DNA of 64,000 nt, taken from Cirrosporium novae-zelandiae. Taxonomy: Eukaryota. The DNA is taken from the NCBI GenBank assembly GCA_026023565.1, contig JAPETS010000004.1:558001-622000 (forward strand), read 5' to 3'. The position numbers were made by a program, and so were the translations under genes. The notes beneath the pieces are model-generated. The model made no database searches, was not told the DNA's origin, and saw only the letters and a list, made by a program, of their open reading frames with translations. Positions 37,636 through 50,638 of this stretch are shown piece by piece (within the stretch, counting starts at the first letter, position 1; the number at the start of each line of letters is the position of its first letter).

Positions 37636-38356
37636 GGTTGTGTCACAGCAGTAACAATGGTTTTCTGCTATTCTCTGTGTGTAAATGTTGTGTTATTCTT
37701 AATGTTCTGCGCACTGTCAACCGCTTGGATACATAGGATCCACAGGAATATCTGAGAGTTTGTTGGCTTCCTCAGCAACAACACCAACAATGACAATCAC
37801 CACTACCACCGATAGATCGAATCGGAGAAATTGGAAAAAAGTTGAGACATTGAAGAAATGTAGGTGATAACATTGTGAATTAATTTATTACTGACCTAGG
37901 TAGGTACCTAGGTATATATGAAAGTCGGGGAAAGACCAATCCGAAGTCCGAAATCAGGATTTCAGGCTACGATAGGCTACCTAGGTACCTACCTAGTAGG
38001 TACTGTAATTAATTATTACTGTAATTACCGTAAGTACTTGGCTGACTTGGGGGTAGTGTGCACGGGGGTGGTACTTGGGTCCCGAAGCTTGAGTGATGAG
38101 GGACGAAGGTGGAGGACTCGGGGAACTTTGGACATACCTTTGATCCTCAGCCTTGTGTTTCTTCAGGCTGAAGGATGCACAACCATAAGTTGTTTTCCTC
38201 CCTGAACAAAATTTCCCGAATCAATTTCTGCCTTCTGCTTACCTTGATTGCGTACCGTTGATAAATATTAATACTCTCACCTATTTTGGCTTCTGCCTTG
38301 TGTTACCACCCCTCTCCTTATTCTCATACTCCAGAGCTCTAGCGAGAGCCTTAAGC

Positions 38357-40594
38357 ATGCCTCCCAAGGGCGAGAAAAGTTCCTTAAAGCGTGGGAGGGT
38401 AAGGCAATCCGAACAATTCCTCTCATTATGGTTTTAATGTAACTGATAACCTCTAAATCTAGCCTTCAGTAGGTGAAGATGCTCAGGATATCAAGAAACC
38501 CCGGCGATCTGAGCGTATCTCGGCTCAATCGCAGAAAATGGATACTCCTATCAAGAATAAATATCTACCATCTCCAATAACCAATCAAGAGTCCAGTGCC
38601 AGCGACTTGTATAAGGAAGGCACAATCACCCCCCCTGAAGGACGTCCAAGCCAAATTCATCATCGAAGTCCCATTTCCTCACCTCTGGCCCAGGGCCTTT
38701 CGTCCCCCCCTTCGGACACTCAACCTTTTTCACAATTCCTCCCCCCTTCTCATTCCTTGTCATATGAGGTGGAAGATGAGGAAGCCGAAGGAGTATGGGG
38801 CTATCTCGTCGCAATGGATAGCAAATTTGGAGATACACTTGTATTAAAGAAAAGATATGGGTGCCCAGACTTAAAGCCTCCCCTCGAAGCACACAACACG
38901 AGAAAAGGAAAGAATGGGACAAAAGTAAAGAATCCATCCAAGGCTGAAGAGATTTACGAGAATGAAAACATGCAGAAAAATGGGGTACCTGCAGGTGGCT
39001 ATCTCATTGGCCGACATCGGGAATGCGGTAAGGCTGGCAGCCAACATTGTCTTGGAATTGCATTGACATCTACTCAGATCGGGTCTTAAATATACCAACC
39101 ATCTCCAATCGTCATTGTCTAATTTTTAGCGAGAACAAAGGAGGTGATTATCGCGCTGTCCTAGAAGATCTCTCTAGCAATGGTACTTTTGTGAATGAAG
39201 CTATTGTCGGACGTAATAACAGACGGGTCCTGGAAGACGGCGATGAAATCACTATTCTCGATGAAGCTCGCTTCGTATTTAGATACCCAAAAAATCGAGA
39301 GAGCAATGCTTTCCGACAACAGTATCGCATCCTCAATCAACTTGGCAAGGGCCATTTTGCAACAGTTTATTTATGTGTCGATAGAGAGACGGGGCATAGA
39401 TATGCCGTCAAGAGATTCGAGAAAAGGCCAGGTGAGAACGATCGGTTAAAGACAGAGGGACTCCAGCAAGAGATTGCTATTTTAATGGGAGTCAGTCACC
39501 CAAACGTACTTTGTTTAAAGGATACCTTTGATGATGCGGATGGCGTTTATCTTGTGCTGGAACTTGCTCCAGAGGGAGAATTGTTCAACTGGATCGTGAT
39601 GAAGCAGAAGTTGACTGAGAATGAGACCCGAAGAGTGTTCATTCAATTATTCCAAGGAATCAAATATTTGGTATGTTATTGTCTACTACTTCCCTAATGC
39701 TTCCTACTAATAATTTTTAAGCATGAACGTAACATTGTCCACCGAGACATTAAACCTGAAAATATCCTTCTTATTGACAAAAGCCTCACCGTTAAGCTTG
39801 CAGATTTTGGTCTTGCTAAAATCATCGGCGAAGAATCCTTTACCACTACTCTTTGTGGTACACCAAGTTATGTCGCTCCCGAGATCCTCGAGAAGACCTC
39901 CAATCGCCGCTATACCCGTGCCGTCGATGTTTGGTCTCTCGGCGTTGTACTCTATATTTGTCTATGCGGATTTCCCCCTTTCAGCGACGAGCTCTGTACA
40001 AGGGAAAATCCATATACTCTTTCTCAACAGATCAAGCTCGGGAGATTTGATTATCCATCTCCGTACTGGGATTCCGTTGGGGATCCTGCTCTGGATCTGA
40101 TTGATAGAATGCTAACAGTAGACGTGGATCGCCGCATCACCATCGATGAATGTCTCGAACATCCCTGGGTCACACAGCGTTTCCCCGGGGTTGCGGACAG
40201 CACCGATGGTCTCACAGGCGCACTCCAAGGTCTCGATTTCTCGAAACGGAAGGTTGAGCGCGAACGTACTCTCCTTAGTAGTATAAATGACGTTAAGGTT
40301 GATAAGGTTATCGAAGGTGGGCCTAAAGGTGAAAACCAGGATATGCATATCAAGGTATGGGAAAAAAATAAGGATGGAAAGAGGGTCTTTAATCCAAGTG
40401 TGCATAATGGAAATGCAAATACTGCGCAGACGAATGATATTGGTGATACCATCAAAGCGAGTGGGCCAAAGCATGAGGAGACGCCAGGAGTTGGGAGGGC
40501 TCCAGAGGAATTTATGGGCATGGGAGGGAAGGGCGATCAGCAGTTATTTGGGGATGACAACTCGAGTCGATATATCCCTGCTGAGAAACCCTAA
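38357..40594 (+). CDS. CHK2: Chk2/Cds1-family FHA-domain checkpoint kinase (introns 38399-38462, 39028-39077, 39671-39721)
   Basis: N-terminal SQ/TQ sites, an FHA domain (YLIGRHREC..ISNRHCLIF..DLSSNGTFVN) and kinase motifs LGKGHFATV, HRDIKPEN, DFG, LCGTPSYVAPE and GFPPFS. Confidence 0.9.
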
Positions 40595-41220
40595 CAAGTA
40601 TTAACAGGAAACCCAGCATGTAGTGGCAGCCAAACAGACGGAAAAGGGATGGGGTGTAAGGACTAGGAACTTCCCTTGTTTTTTGTGAATGGAAAGGGGA
40701 TCATGGTTATTTTTTCATTAAGGGTTCGGGAATCTGTGTATCAGAGTATTTGTTTAAGGAATTTTCCTGAGGAGAGGGGGATGAATAGGACTAACTAGAA
40801 GCTTGCTAACATGAGCTAGCTAATTCCTACCCGGAGGATGAGGATCGGTAGGACGCAATATTTCTAGCCAGCTTATTAAGCCGGGTGAGAGTTGGGAAAT
40901 ATTGACATGGAATTTTTTCCCTTTTCCCCTTTCCTTCTTTTTGTCAAACCTAAATACCTAGGTAGGTATGAATAGCCCATAGTTAATTCACAAAATAAAG
41001 GATGAAAGAGGAGAAGCAGAGGGGTCAGGGGTGGAACTAATAAAGTGCCATCATTTACGCAAACTGAACCGTAGAATAGAATCATTCAGGTATGAATATT
41101 ATTTATATACCAAGAATAAGGATATTTTCCATCATTCCACGAATTTTCTTTTGCCAATAACCCCTGTTTTTATTATATTTCTCGACCTGTTGTTACTCAA
41201 TCAATGCAAAGTTGGCTTGC

Positions 41221-42861
41221 CTATTCATCATCGCTACTATCATCCTCGCTGCTAATATCCTCCTCAAACTCCTCCTCGTCCCCATTTTGCAAATCAGACG
41301 CGGTGCCAACCATCACGAAGGCAGCGAGACATGTTATCCGTTGGCTTGTTTCGTATGTCCCCACTAGGTCACCTGTAAGGGTCGGGGATGAGGTGGTGGT
41401 GGGTGTGGTTGTTTTTTCTTTGGTATTAGGTTTCTGTTTGGCTTTTCCTTTGGTTGCGGGGGGCTTCATCTCCGGATTTGATGAAATAGGAGTCGGGTTG
41501 GAGGGGGACGATGATGGTATGGGGTTTAATTTCCACACTCGGATTGCGCCGTCGCTGTGGCCTGCGATGATAATGAAAGTGAGCGAGGGGCCTTTTGTGC
41601 TTGACGATGGCGGAGAGAGTATTTTGAAGGTCTTGACGCGGGTTGAGGTTCCAGATTCTGATCCACCGAGGGAGCAGAGTTCCTTGCAGGCTGGAATCGG
41701 TGAAGGGGTGGCTGTATCAGGGTTGGAAGATGATGTGGATGTTGTTGGGATGAGAGAGTTGGTGTCGTAAAAAATAATTCGGCCGTCTTCGGTTGAAATA
41801 GCGAGGACGTTTGTCATATCTTCGTCTCCCTGGGTCGGGAGGCTGAGATACTCCATCCAATGAACCTTTGTTCTTCGATCTGGAACGATTCTTCCTCGGG
41901 GTTGGCAATCCATTCCAAAAACAACAACACCTCTTTCGAACGCTACCGCAAATTCCTCCCCCTTCTCATTCCACACGATCTTCCTACCTTCGCCGCTTCC
42001 CCATTTCCCCTCCCCCACATCCTTCAATATGTCCTTTCCAAAATTAAGTACGCCTGCCTTCTTGCCTGTGACCAGGTTCCAGAGCCGCATGCACTTTTCC
42101 GCACGGCCTACACTGACCATGAGTTTCATGGAGGGGTGAATGGCGAAATCGTTTACTCCGGCGGGCGCGTCCCCCAGCGCGAGAGTGTCACCGGAGGGGC
42201 GACCCTTGGGTTTAGGAATGGGTGCCTTGATCGTAGATACGGCAGTCCAGTCTCTTGTTCTTGTGATTGTGATAGTGTTGTCCTCTGCTGCACTTATGAG
42301 TTTCGAGCGGGTGGGGAAATAGAGAGCCGTTACCGTAGAGGCGTGGTGCATCAGTGAACCTAATTCGCGGTTTTTGGGATTTTCTTGGATGGCATGGGAA
42401 GAGAGAGATGGGATGGAAGGGTATGGGGGTGGGGGCCGCGCAGAGATGGAGTAGAGGTTTATGCGCTCGTCGCTAGAACCACTAGCGAGGGTAATTTTGG
42501 GGGACTGGGTGTCAGAAGTTAGGGGAGAGAGGGCCAGACAGCGGATTGAGGCATTGTGTGCGGTGAAGAGAAATGTGTCCGCGAAGGAGACGATGGAGTC
42601 TTCGGAGTCCTTTGAGGAGGTGGAGGAGGAGGCCGAGGTGGATTGGGGGGTTATAATTGCTGTGATTCCATGGAGGACTCGATCGTAGGATCCAGTGATA
42701 ATTTGAATGATTGTAGTTTCAGTAGTGGAACCTGAACTGGTAGTGGTGGTGGTAGTGGTGGTGGTAGGAGTTTGTGTTGGTGTCTTCTTTATAGTTTTTC
42801 GAGGCTCCTCTGTGGAGATATCGATGGAATTGTGCTTTCTTTTTTTTGATTTATCTGGCAT
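41221..42861 (-). CDS. MAK11: Mak11 WD40 60S ribosome biogenesis factor (intronless)
   Basis: Motifs IQIITGSYDRVLHG, FLFTAHNASIRCLA, LASGSSDERINLY, RELGSLMHH, VNDFAIHPSMKLMVSV, MRLWNLVTGKKA and YETSQRITCL. Confidence 0.92.
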   Translation of the reverse strand: MPDKSKKRKHNSIDISTEEPRKTIKKTPTQTPTTTTTTTTTSSGSTTETTIIQIITGSYDRVLHGITAIITPQSTSASSSTSSKDSEDSIVSFADTFLFTAHNASIRCLALSPLTSDTQSPKITLASGSSDERINLYSISARPPPPYPSIPSLSSHAIQENPKNRELGSLMHHASTVTALYFPTRSKLISAAEDNTITITRTRDWTAVSTIKAPIPKPKGRPSGDTLALGDAPAGVNDFAIHPSMKLMVSVGRAEKCMRLWNLVTGKKAGVLNFGKDILKDVGEGKWGSGEGRKIVWNEKGEEFAVAFERGVVVFGMDCQPRGRIVPDRRTKVHWMEYLSLPTQGDEDMTNVLAISTEDGRIIFYDTNSLIPTTSTSSSNPDTATPSPIPACKELCSLGGSESGTSTRVKTFKILSPPSSSTKGPSLTFIIIAGHSDGAIRVWKLNPIPSSSPSNPTPISSNPEMKPPATKGKAKQKPNTKEKTTTPTTTSSPTLTGDLVGTYETSQRITCLAAFVMVGTASDLQNGDEEEFEEDISSEDDSSDDE

Positions 42862-43430
42862 TGTTCGTAAATTTGTTGTTAGTTATTTGGATGTGATAAC
42901 TATTGTAGCTCTCTCAATGGCTGGCGAGAAATTTTTGGTGGTGGAAAATCCTATGTTAGCTAGCTATTCGTGGTAATAAGGTACAAGTAATAAGATAAGA
43001 TAAGGTAGCGAGTATATTCGTGGTATTATAATTTTTTGTCATGTTTGCATTGTCGTGGTAGATTATTATCGCTACCAAGTACTATGTTCCTGTTCTCTTA
43101 TCTCGGAAGAATAGTAAAGCCGAAGAGAGAAGGAAAAGAGACAAGAAAAAAACAGACCCTTGGGCTGTCATGGCTGTGAAAGCGCGTCCCCTACTAAGAA
43201 CAACATCCGCTTCGCCGCCTTCGCTGCTACCCTGGAACATTGGACATTTGGAACATCGGGGGGCTGCTGCAAAATTGTGCCAAGCAGTTCAGCCCATCTT
43301 TACCATCAAAACTTCCAACTTGATACATATTTTATCGTCAGAAGCCATTTGTTTCCCCTCTATGACTTGGAAATTTTCATTTCCTGAATTTTCAGCTTTT
43401 GTAACGGATGTTTTGTCGTCCAGCTAGGTC

Positions 43431-46400
43431 ATGCTGCGCGACAGCCTCCTTCAAGTCAAGAAAGATGAGCTTGCGTACGTATTTAATTTACAATATGCGA
43501 TTCATTTGATACCTGAGTTCCATGCGAAAATAATAAGTCGCTGATTATAGATTTTAGAGCTGTTATAACGTCGAGAAAACGCAAGTTGAGCGAGTTGTTC
43601 TACGTATCCACCGCCAACCTTGCTGCCGAGAGCATCCCACAACACCCGGGCCTGGCCTCTACCAAACCACTGAGCCAACAGGAACTCACATTTCTAGAAG
43701 CCAACGACATTATTAAGTAAAAATATATTCAATATTCATTTCGCAATTCCCTCTTAACATTATTACTAATCTTTACTGTCTAGAGGCCGCCTCTTCGATG
43801 AATCTACCTTGCCCACCCCTCCCTCGTCGTCCAGCATCGCGATCGAGACCCAGAAAGATGCAAACACTGGGACATCGCTCGACTTTACGACGGTAAGGAC
43901 CTCTCAACTCCTCCCATCTATACCTCCACTCATTTCTCAGAAGATCGATTCCAAGGCTACAGAAGCACGAGGACAAAAGAAACCCGATGCCTTGCACAGC
44001 GACGGATCGGGAGAATCAAACATCGGGCCTGCGCAAAGTGCATCATTGGTCGGCAATACGAATCAAGCGCTGGCGACAGAACAGCTTCTGCTCGAGGGAA
44101 ATATAATCCAACCTTCCGCTCCAGAATCTTTGGGTCACCCAATTGATAGACCGAACGATGCTGAAAGGAATGCGCGTGAACCTCCGGGGGAGACTCAACC
44201 GGCAAATACACACTCTCCAGCCCCATCGGCGGAAATCATATCTGCGACTGCCGGCGTGGATTCATCGAAAGCCCCTCCTACTGATGACGTTGGTTCTCTG
44301 TCGTATGCGCAGTTGGAATCGACAGAAGGTGATGGGACAAAAGGGCCTCGAACAACACAACTGCCTACAAAGGATGTCCAGGAACGCCATGTCCAGGACC
44401 TCGGTCGGGAAGGCGCTGGACGGCCTGGTTTGCAAGTTGACACTGAAAAACCTATAGCTATATTTCGAGGAGGAGGTAATATCGAGCTTACGTCTTCCCC
44501 TTCCTCGACTGTTGGCCATTACTCGGTAAATACACCGGGTATGACCGCTGGCTCCCCAGATACAAGCCCTGAAAATCCACCTGATGATGTCCATGTGAAA
44601 CTATCCCCCGATCAGGTTTCCGAACCCACACAATCCCCACAGGAATTTAGGAGCGATGCAGGATCTCAGCCCAGGCCCGCAATCACCCCTCAGGTTATTG
44701 TTACTGGGACTATGGTCTCTACGCCTGATGCCCAACTTCATCTAGAAGAGGCTCAGGCCATGCATCCCACCCTTGTGCGCAAGAACCAGGCCGTACTTGA
44801 TCAGGCAACTGGCTTTGGTGATACTGTCAATGAAGTCACTGACCAAGCAATGCCTGACAGAGAGACCGAGCAGTCCAGCGACTCGGGTTTGGTAGTTGCA
44901 GCACCAGCTCCTACTAGCCACTCCGGAATTATTAGGGAGTCTACAGATGTGAAGACAAGAGATCAGATAAAAACCCAAAGACCAGCCACCCCAGCACCAA
45001 CGGAACCTACCCCACCTAGTCCCACGGAGGATGAACCGAACGTGCTTGAACACGGGGAACCAAGTCCTGCAACGTCTCAAAAGCGATCCGATGGGAGCGA
45101 TAATACCCCACCCACCTCTAAAACTTCATTTAATTCATCAATGGATCGGTCGAGTGAAGGGTTGGCTACTCAAGGATCTATCAATGTTTTATCCCATGAC
45201 CCCGTTGCTAAAGTCGCAGCCGAGACCCCGAAAGCAATTGGTATTGGAAGTGATAAGACTGGTATAGAGAAACCATCCACCCGGTCTAGTAGAAGCCAGT
45301 CCATGGCTAACGCGGACGCCTCGGCTTCCGAATCTGCCACTCCTCGCACACCTTCAATTCGGTCTCGGACTGTGGAAAGGAGGGAACGAGAGAAGGAACG
45401 AGGCCAGCTTTCTACGGTTGTCTTTTCGAAATATCCTGAGACCGGAATCCCTAACCTTACAAGAAGGCAATCGTCGCAGGATCTTCAGACTCCACGGAAC
45501 GATCCTAGAGCTGCGAAAGATTACTTTTACTCTCTTTTCGCTGCGCATGCTCAGCCTAGGTCTCATTCCTTGGGAGCTCTTCTTGCCACAGCACATAAAA
45601 CCGTCACAACCGCTAACCAATACGTCCATGTACACGAGCAACAAGATTGCCATATCTTGAAGAGAATTCACGCCTTTCAAAGCAACCACAGATGGTCTTT
45701 GAGGCAAGTTGCGCGCGCAGAAGAACCCCCACGTCCTAAAGTACAGTGGGATTTGTTATTAGCCCACGCGAAATGGCTAAGAACTGATTATCGAGAAGAG
45801 CGGAAGTGGAAGATAGCCGCTGCGAAGATAGTAGCTGATTGGTGTGCGGAATGGGCTGCATGCTCCCCAGAAGAGCGACACTTGCTACAGGTGAAGGCGA
45901 AAATTCCTCCTAAAGCGAATGCCCACGATGACCGGTCTGAGAATATTGCAGCGAAGGGAGAGCTATATCAGTTGGATGAAATGCAATGTACACCCGATCT
46001 CATACCATCTACCGAGAACGACTCCGTAAGCGAAGTAGATATGGACGGAGATGCTACGCCACCAGCCATTACTTCGATTGCACCTGCAGCCCTCTTTTCA
46101 TTAACCCCTGAAGAGATTGCGTTTCACATGGAAAAAACCCCTGCTAGTGATCGCCTTCTTCAGGAACTTCCATTATACGGACCACTTTCAGATTTCCAAT
46201 ATCACGTATCCAGCCTTTCTACACTAGAAGCACCGCCGGACGTTGCATTCTCAAACCAGGTGCTTCCTGTTACAAAATATGCCAACGCAAAGTTCATTTA
46301 TGACCAGCCTAAACCCCAACGAAAGAAGAGCCGCTATGACTATGAAAATGAGGATGAGGATAGCTACCGTTCATCCAAGCGAGCAAAACTTGAACCAGAC

Positions 46401-48298
46401 GATGACAGTGTCGCATTGTTTAGGCCTGATCAAAAATCACTGAGAGATCGTATACATCCAGGATATTCATTTAGACCTCCTTCAGAGTTTCCAATGCCCC
46501 ATCAATCATTTTACGAGAATCGCCATTCATCCCAGTGGACTTGGAATGAAGATGATGAACTTCGAACGCTTGTCAGAGACTATTCATACAATTGGTCCCT
46601 CATTTCTAGTTGTCTGTCCTCTTCATCTTTATTTTCCTCTGGCGCGGAGCGCAGAACCCCATGGGAGTGCTTCGAGAGATGGATCACGCTAGAAGGCTTA
46701 CCGGCTGACATGTCCAAAACGCCTTATTTCCGAGCCTATCTTGCTAGAGTAGAAGCCGCTGAGAAAACAGTACTACTACAAATGCATGCTGCACAACAAC
46801 AACAGCAACTACAGCATCCAAATCAACCCCAAGCACCCATCCGAAGACGGTCTATTAGACCAATTCGAGTAGACAGGAGACGGAACACCAAACATCTCGC
46901 CCTCTTTAGGGCGATTACGACCCTTGTCAAGAAACGGGAGGAAGCGGTTGTTAAACAACAGCGTGGTATGTCTAACCTTAACAGTAACCATTTGATATTC
47001 TTCCTATATTCTCGCAGCAACATATATCTTTTAGATGATAAATATGGCCAAATACTGATAAAAGTGGGCTATAGCTGCTGCTTTAGCTTCTATGCGCAAG
47101 CAAAATGAAATGGTCCAGCAGAAGCCGCCTCCCGGACTCGATACCCCAGAAGGAGTGAGTCGTATGAAGTTCGAACGAGAGCAGATGTATCGTGAACAAG
47201 CCGCCAAGATGCAGTTGCAATATCAGCAACAGATGGTCCAACGACACCAGCAGGTAAAATTTTATTTCCATGTCTTGATTATACTAGAACTAATATTTGT
47301 AGATGGCGCGTGCACAAGCCCAACAAGGAGGCCAATCGACTGGTTTACCGACTGGCGCCATGCAGCAAAACCACAACGGGCATGGACCAGGCAGTAGCTT
47401 AAGCCCACTCAGTGCGTTACCTAATGGTCACTCTCACAACGGTGTTCAGCAACGTCTTCATCCTTCTCTTCAGGGAATGCCAGGCTCTAGTATGATAAAT
47501 GGTGTTCTTCCGCCAAACATTCAGATGGCTCGGAATCCAATACCACCGTTGGCTCCAGGTATGAATGGATTGCAACGGCAGCAAGGGCAGATGTCCCCTG
47601 AGAATGTGCGTGTGTTTATGGAGGCAAATCGGGTCCAACAGCAACAACAGAATTACCTACAACGGCAGCAGCAGCAGCAGCAACAGCAGATGGCTATTCA
47701 AATGCAGCATCCAAACCAGAATGGCCCTTCGGGTGCTTCTAGCGTTGGCGGAATGGCCAGCCCAGCCAATAATCCAGCCATGCTAGCAGCTATGCATCAC
47801 AGTGGCATCTCTAGTCCTTCTATTCCTAATGCTATGGTGGGAGTTGGGCCTTCTGGACCTCCCCGGAATCATCCGCAGTCTTTGTCGAATAGTACCGTTC
47901 CTGCGGTCGCATCCATTATTGCTCAAATGCAAGCGCAAAATCCCCATGCCAGTCATGATCAGATCAAAGCAATGGCCAACGAGCAGCTAGCTCGATTTCA
48001 GGCTCGGGCATCTCAGCAAGCAGCTATGAATGCTGCTGCTGGTAACTTTAAAGAAGGGGCTTTGCATACACCTATGCAACAACTCAGAGCCACTCCAGGC
48101 GGGATACAAGCCTATTCTCAAATGATGAGGCAGCAACATCCTAGTCAACAGCAGAACCAGGCTGGCTCAGGAACGATGACTGGCCCAAGGCCTCCTAGTC
48201 GGAGTGCAACGCCACAGTCGCAAAGGACGGGTGGCATGCAACCTGGATCAATACAGCAAAGTCCACGACCACCTCCAGCCCAGATGGCCGGTGGGTAA
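43431..48298 (+). CDS. EAF1: Eaf1/Vid21 NuA4 scaffold subunit (introns at about 43475-43557, 43717-43783, 46966-47073, 47254-47302)
   Basis: N-terminal SRKRKLSELFY, HSA domain (RWSLRQ..QWDLLLAHAKWLRTDYREERKWK), SANT/Myb domain (WTWNEDDELRTLVRDYSYNWSLIS..RRTPWECFERW) and a Q-rich tail. Confidence 0.92.
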
Positions 48299-48732
48299 AA
48301 TGGTTGGAGGGTTGGCAATTGTACATATATATGCTAGGAGAACGGCGACGGCGCATTTGGAAGACACTGGTGTTTTGGTCTGGATTTGGGCCTCCGAATG
48401 TGGTGGAGAGGGTCATTTGGAGAGTGTCTGGATTGCTTTGGTCATTTTTTTCTACCCTGTACAGAAATAGGTTTCAACGCGGCACTGTGAATATTGTTAT
48501 ACGATGCCCCAGAGCACGTCTGGGATGAAGATGAAAATATAAAGATGTCTCAAACTTGAGATTACAATGATTAATAGTTGAAAGTAAAATTGCATCATGG
48601 TGTTGTTCGCCAAAGACTTGAAGAGTAGAGTATCAATGATAGGGATTGGTGTACACATAAGCGACTTTTCTACCCCAGGAAGTTGTTCCTAACTTCCTCA
48701 TACTTATACCACCATAATTACCTCTCACAATC

Positions 48733-50250
48733 ATGTCAACCTCACCACCCCCTTCATCTTCATCTATTGCAAATAATTATCCTCCGAAAAGTAAACCTTT
48801 CTCTCTTTCTCTCGGCTCAAGCAAAGCGAAGCCCACCCGTATATCTCTTGGTGTTCCTTTCAACCCCCCTCGAAAACGCCCGCATGCCTCTCTCGAAGCT
48901 GATGATGAAGCCGACGTTGATGATTCACACCAGGGAAAAGAGCAGCTCGTAACCAGTTTTGATGATCGACGCGGCGGTGCGATCGGTTTGGATAATAATG
49001 ATGGGAATGAGAAGAGCCTGCTAGTTATTCCAAAGGTCCAAGGGAGAGATTGGAGGAATGTGGGGGGTGCCAAGAGAAGGGGGAAGAATCTGTTGCCAGA
49101 GGAGGTGAGGGCGATGAGGAGCGGCGAGGGCAAAGAAATCATTAGCGAGGCGGAGGAGAAGGAAAGAGTACAGAAAATGCAGTACGGACTTGTGGTTACG
49201 GAAAAGCAGAGATCAAAGTCTACAGATGGTGGCAATGAAACTACAGAGATGGACGTCGATAGTGCTCCTGCAAACCGTCAAGATGCGCATCACGAACCCG
49301 AGGAAAAAATAACAGAAGACGAACGCGCTATCCAAGCCCTTATGGGTAATACCTCCACTACAGATTCAAGCCGTATAATTTCCCACCAAGATCAAGAACC
49401 ACACAACGACCTACGGTCCTACCGCTCCGATATTTCCACCCGCCCTGAATCCGCCACCCTAGCTGATTATAACGACGTTCCCGTAGAAGAATTCGGCGCT
49501 GCGTTACTCCGGGGTATGGGGTGGAAAGATGGGCAGGAATTCGGAGGAAAGCGACGGTATGGCGAAGATAATGATGATCTCAACGATCAAAAAAAGAAAG
49601 GGACCAATAAAAAGAATAATAGCAGTGGCTCGTTGAGACTTCTGGAGAAACGCCCTGCGCTCCTGGGAATCGGAGCGAAGGAGATGCCGGAGGGTTTAGA
49701 GGAACCAGGGGCTTGGGGAAAGGGGGCAAAATTGTCTTCCAGTGCAAAGGATAAGGGACGTCGAAGAAAGAAGATTGATGCGGTGTATAATCCTGTCATG
49801 ATGAGGAATACCAAGACGGGGGAGATGGTTACGGAGGAGGAGCTGAGGAAACGGAAGGAGGAGAGTCTGCTGCTACCAGTCAGAGAGGCTGCGGAACAGA
49901 AGAAGGAGAAACCCCCAAATAGGGCGCGAAGCAGTGGACACAAGGAACCGAGAAGAGAAGAAGAAGAAGAAAGAAGGAGAAGCCGCTCCCCCGATTCCAA
50001 GAGAGCAAGGCGCAGGAGGGATGAAGACAGCGAGGAGGATTACTATCGGGAGAGAGAACGAAGAAGACGGAGACGGAGGGAGGACGAGTATTTCAACCAG
50101 AACAAGGATGGGGGTGCTGCTTCCTCTTCCTCGTTGAAGAGGAGGGAGAGGGAAGGGGATAGGGATAGGGATCGATATGATGAGGGTCGACATCGGCATA
50201 GTTCTTCTACTCATCATCATTATCATCACCGTAGTAGTAATCGAATTTGA
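48733..50250 (+). CDS. SPP2: Spp2/MOS2-like G-patch pre-mRNA splicing factor (intronless)
   Basis: G-patch (RPESATLADYNDVPVEEFGAALLRGMGWKDG...RPALLGIGAK), YNPVMMRNTKTGEMVTEEEL and an R/E/S-rich tail. Confidence 0.88.
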   Translation: MSTSPPPSSSSIANNYPPKSKPFSLSLGSSKAKPTRISLGVPFNPPRKRPHASLEADDEADVDDSHQGKEQLVTSFDDRRGGAIGLDNNDGNEKSLLVIPKVQGRDWRNVGGAKRRGKNLLPEEVRAMRSGEGKEIISEAEEKERVQKMQYGLVVTEKQRSKSTDGGNETTEMDVDSAPANRQDAHHEPEEKITEDERAIQALMGNTSTTDSSRIISHQDQEPHNDLRSYRSDISTRPESATLADYNDVPVEEFGAALLRGMGWKDGQEFGGKRRYGEDNDDLNDQKKKGTNKKNNSSGSLRLLEKRPALLGIGAKEMPEGLEEPGAWGKGAKLSSSAKDKGRRRKKIDAVYNPVMMRNTKTGEMVTEEELRKRKEESLLLPVREAAEQKKEKPPNRARSSGHKEPRREEEEERRRSRSPDSKRARRRRDEDSEEDYYRERERRRRRRREDEYFNQNKDGGAASSSSLKRREREGDRDRDRYDEGRHRHSSSTHHHYHHRSSNRI

Positions 50251-50638
50251 AATCCATCCATATGGATATCACCATCATTTGACACTACTACTACTATGAT
50301 CTACTAAAGTCCATGATCTGTTTTTTTTTTTACGGTTAAACGGTTATGCTTGAAATAAGATATAGACATAAAAAATTTGCACTTTCTAGATATTAGGTAC
50401 GCAACGCATTATAGGTTAGGTTAAGGTAGGGCTAGGAAGGAAAAGCTGTATAATTCATGCTTTCTGCTTCTTTAAATCCCGTATGTACAACAACAATCCA
50501 ATACAAAGCACTTTTTCTATAAAATCCCATCATCATTCCAAAACTCCTCTTTCTTCTCCTGCAAATCAAGGAAAATTAAGCCGTGTTAACCCCCCCCCCC
50601 CCCTCTCGCTCCCTCTTTATATACCACCTTGTCTCGCC

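Noticed and set aside
41204..42976. Long antisense ORFs over MAK11 (similar ones overlap SPP2, EAF1 and the kinase)
   Set aside because: These are shadow frames of low-complexity coding sequence with no independent motifs.
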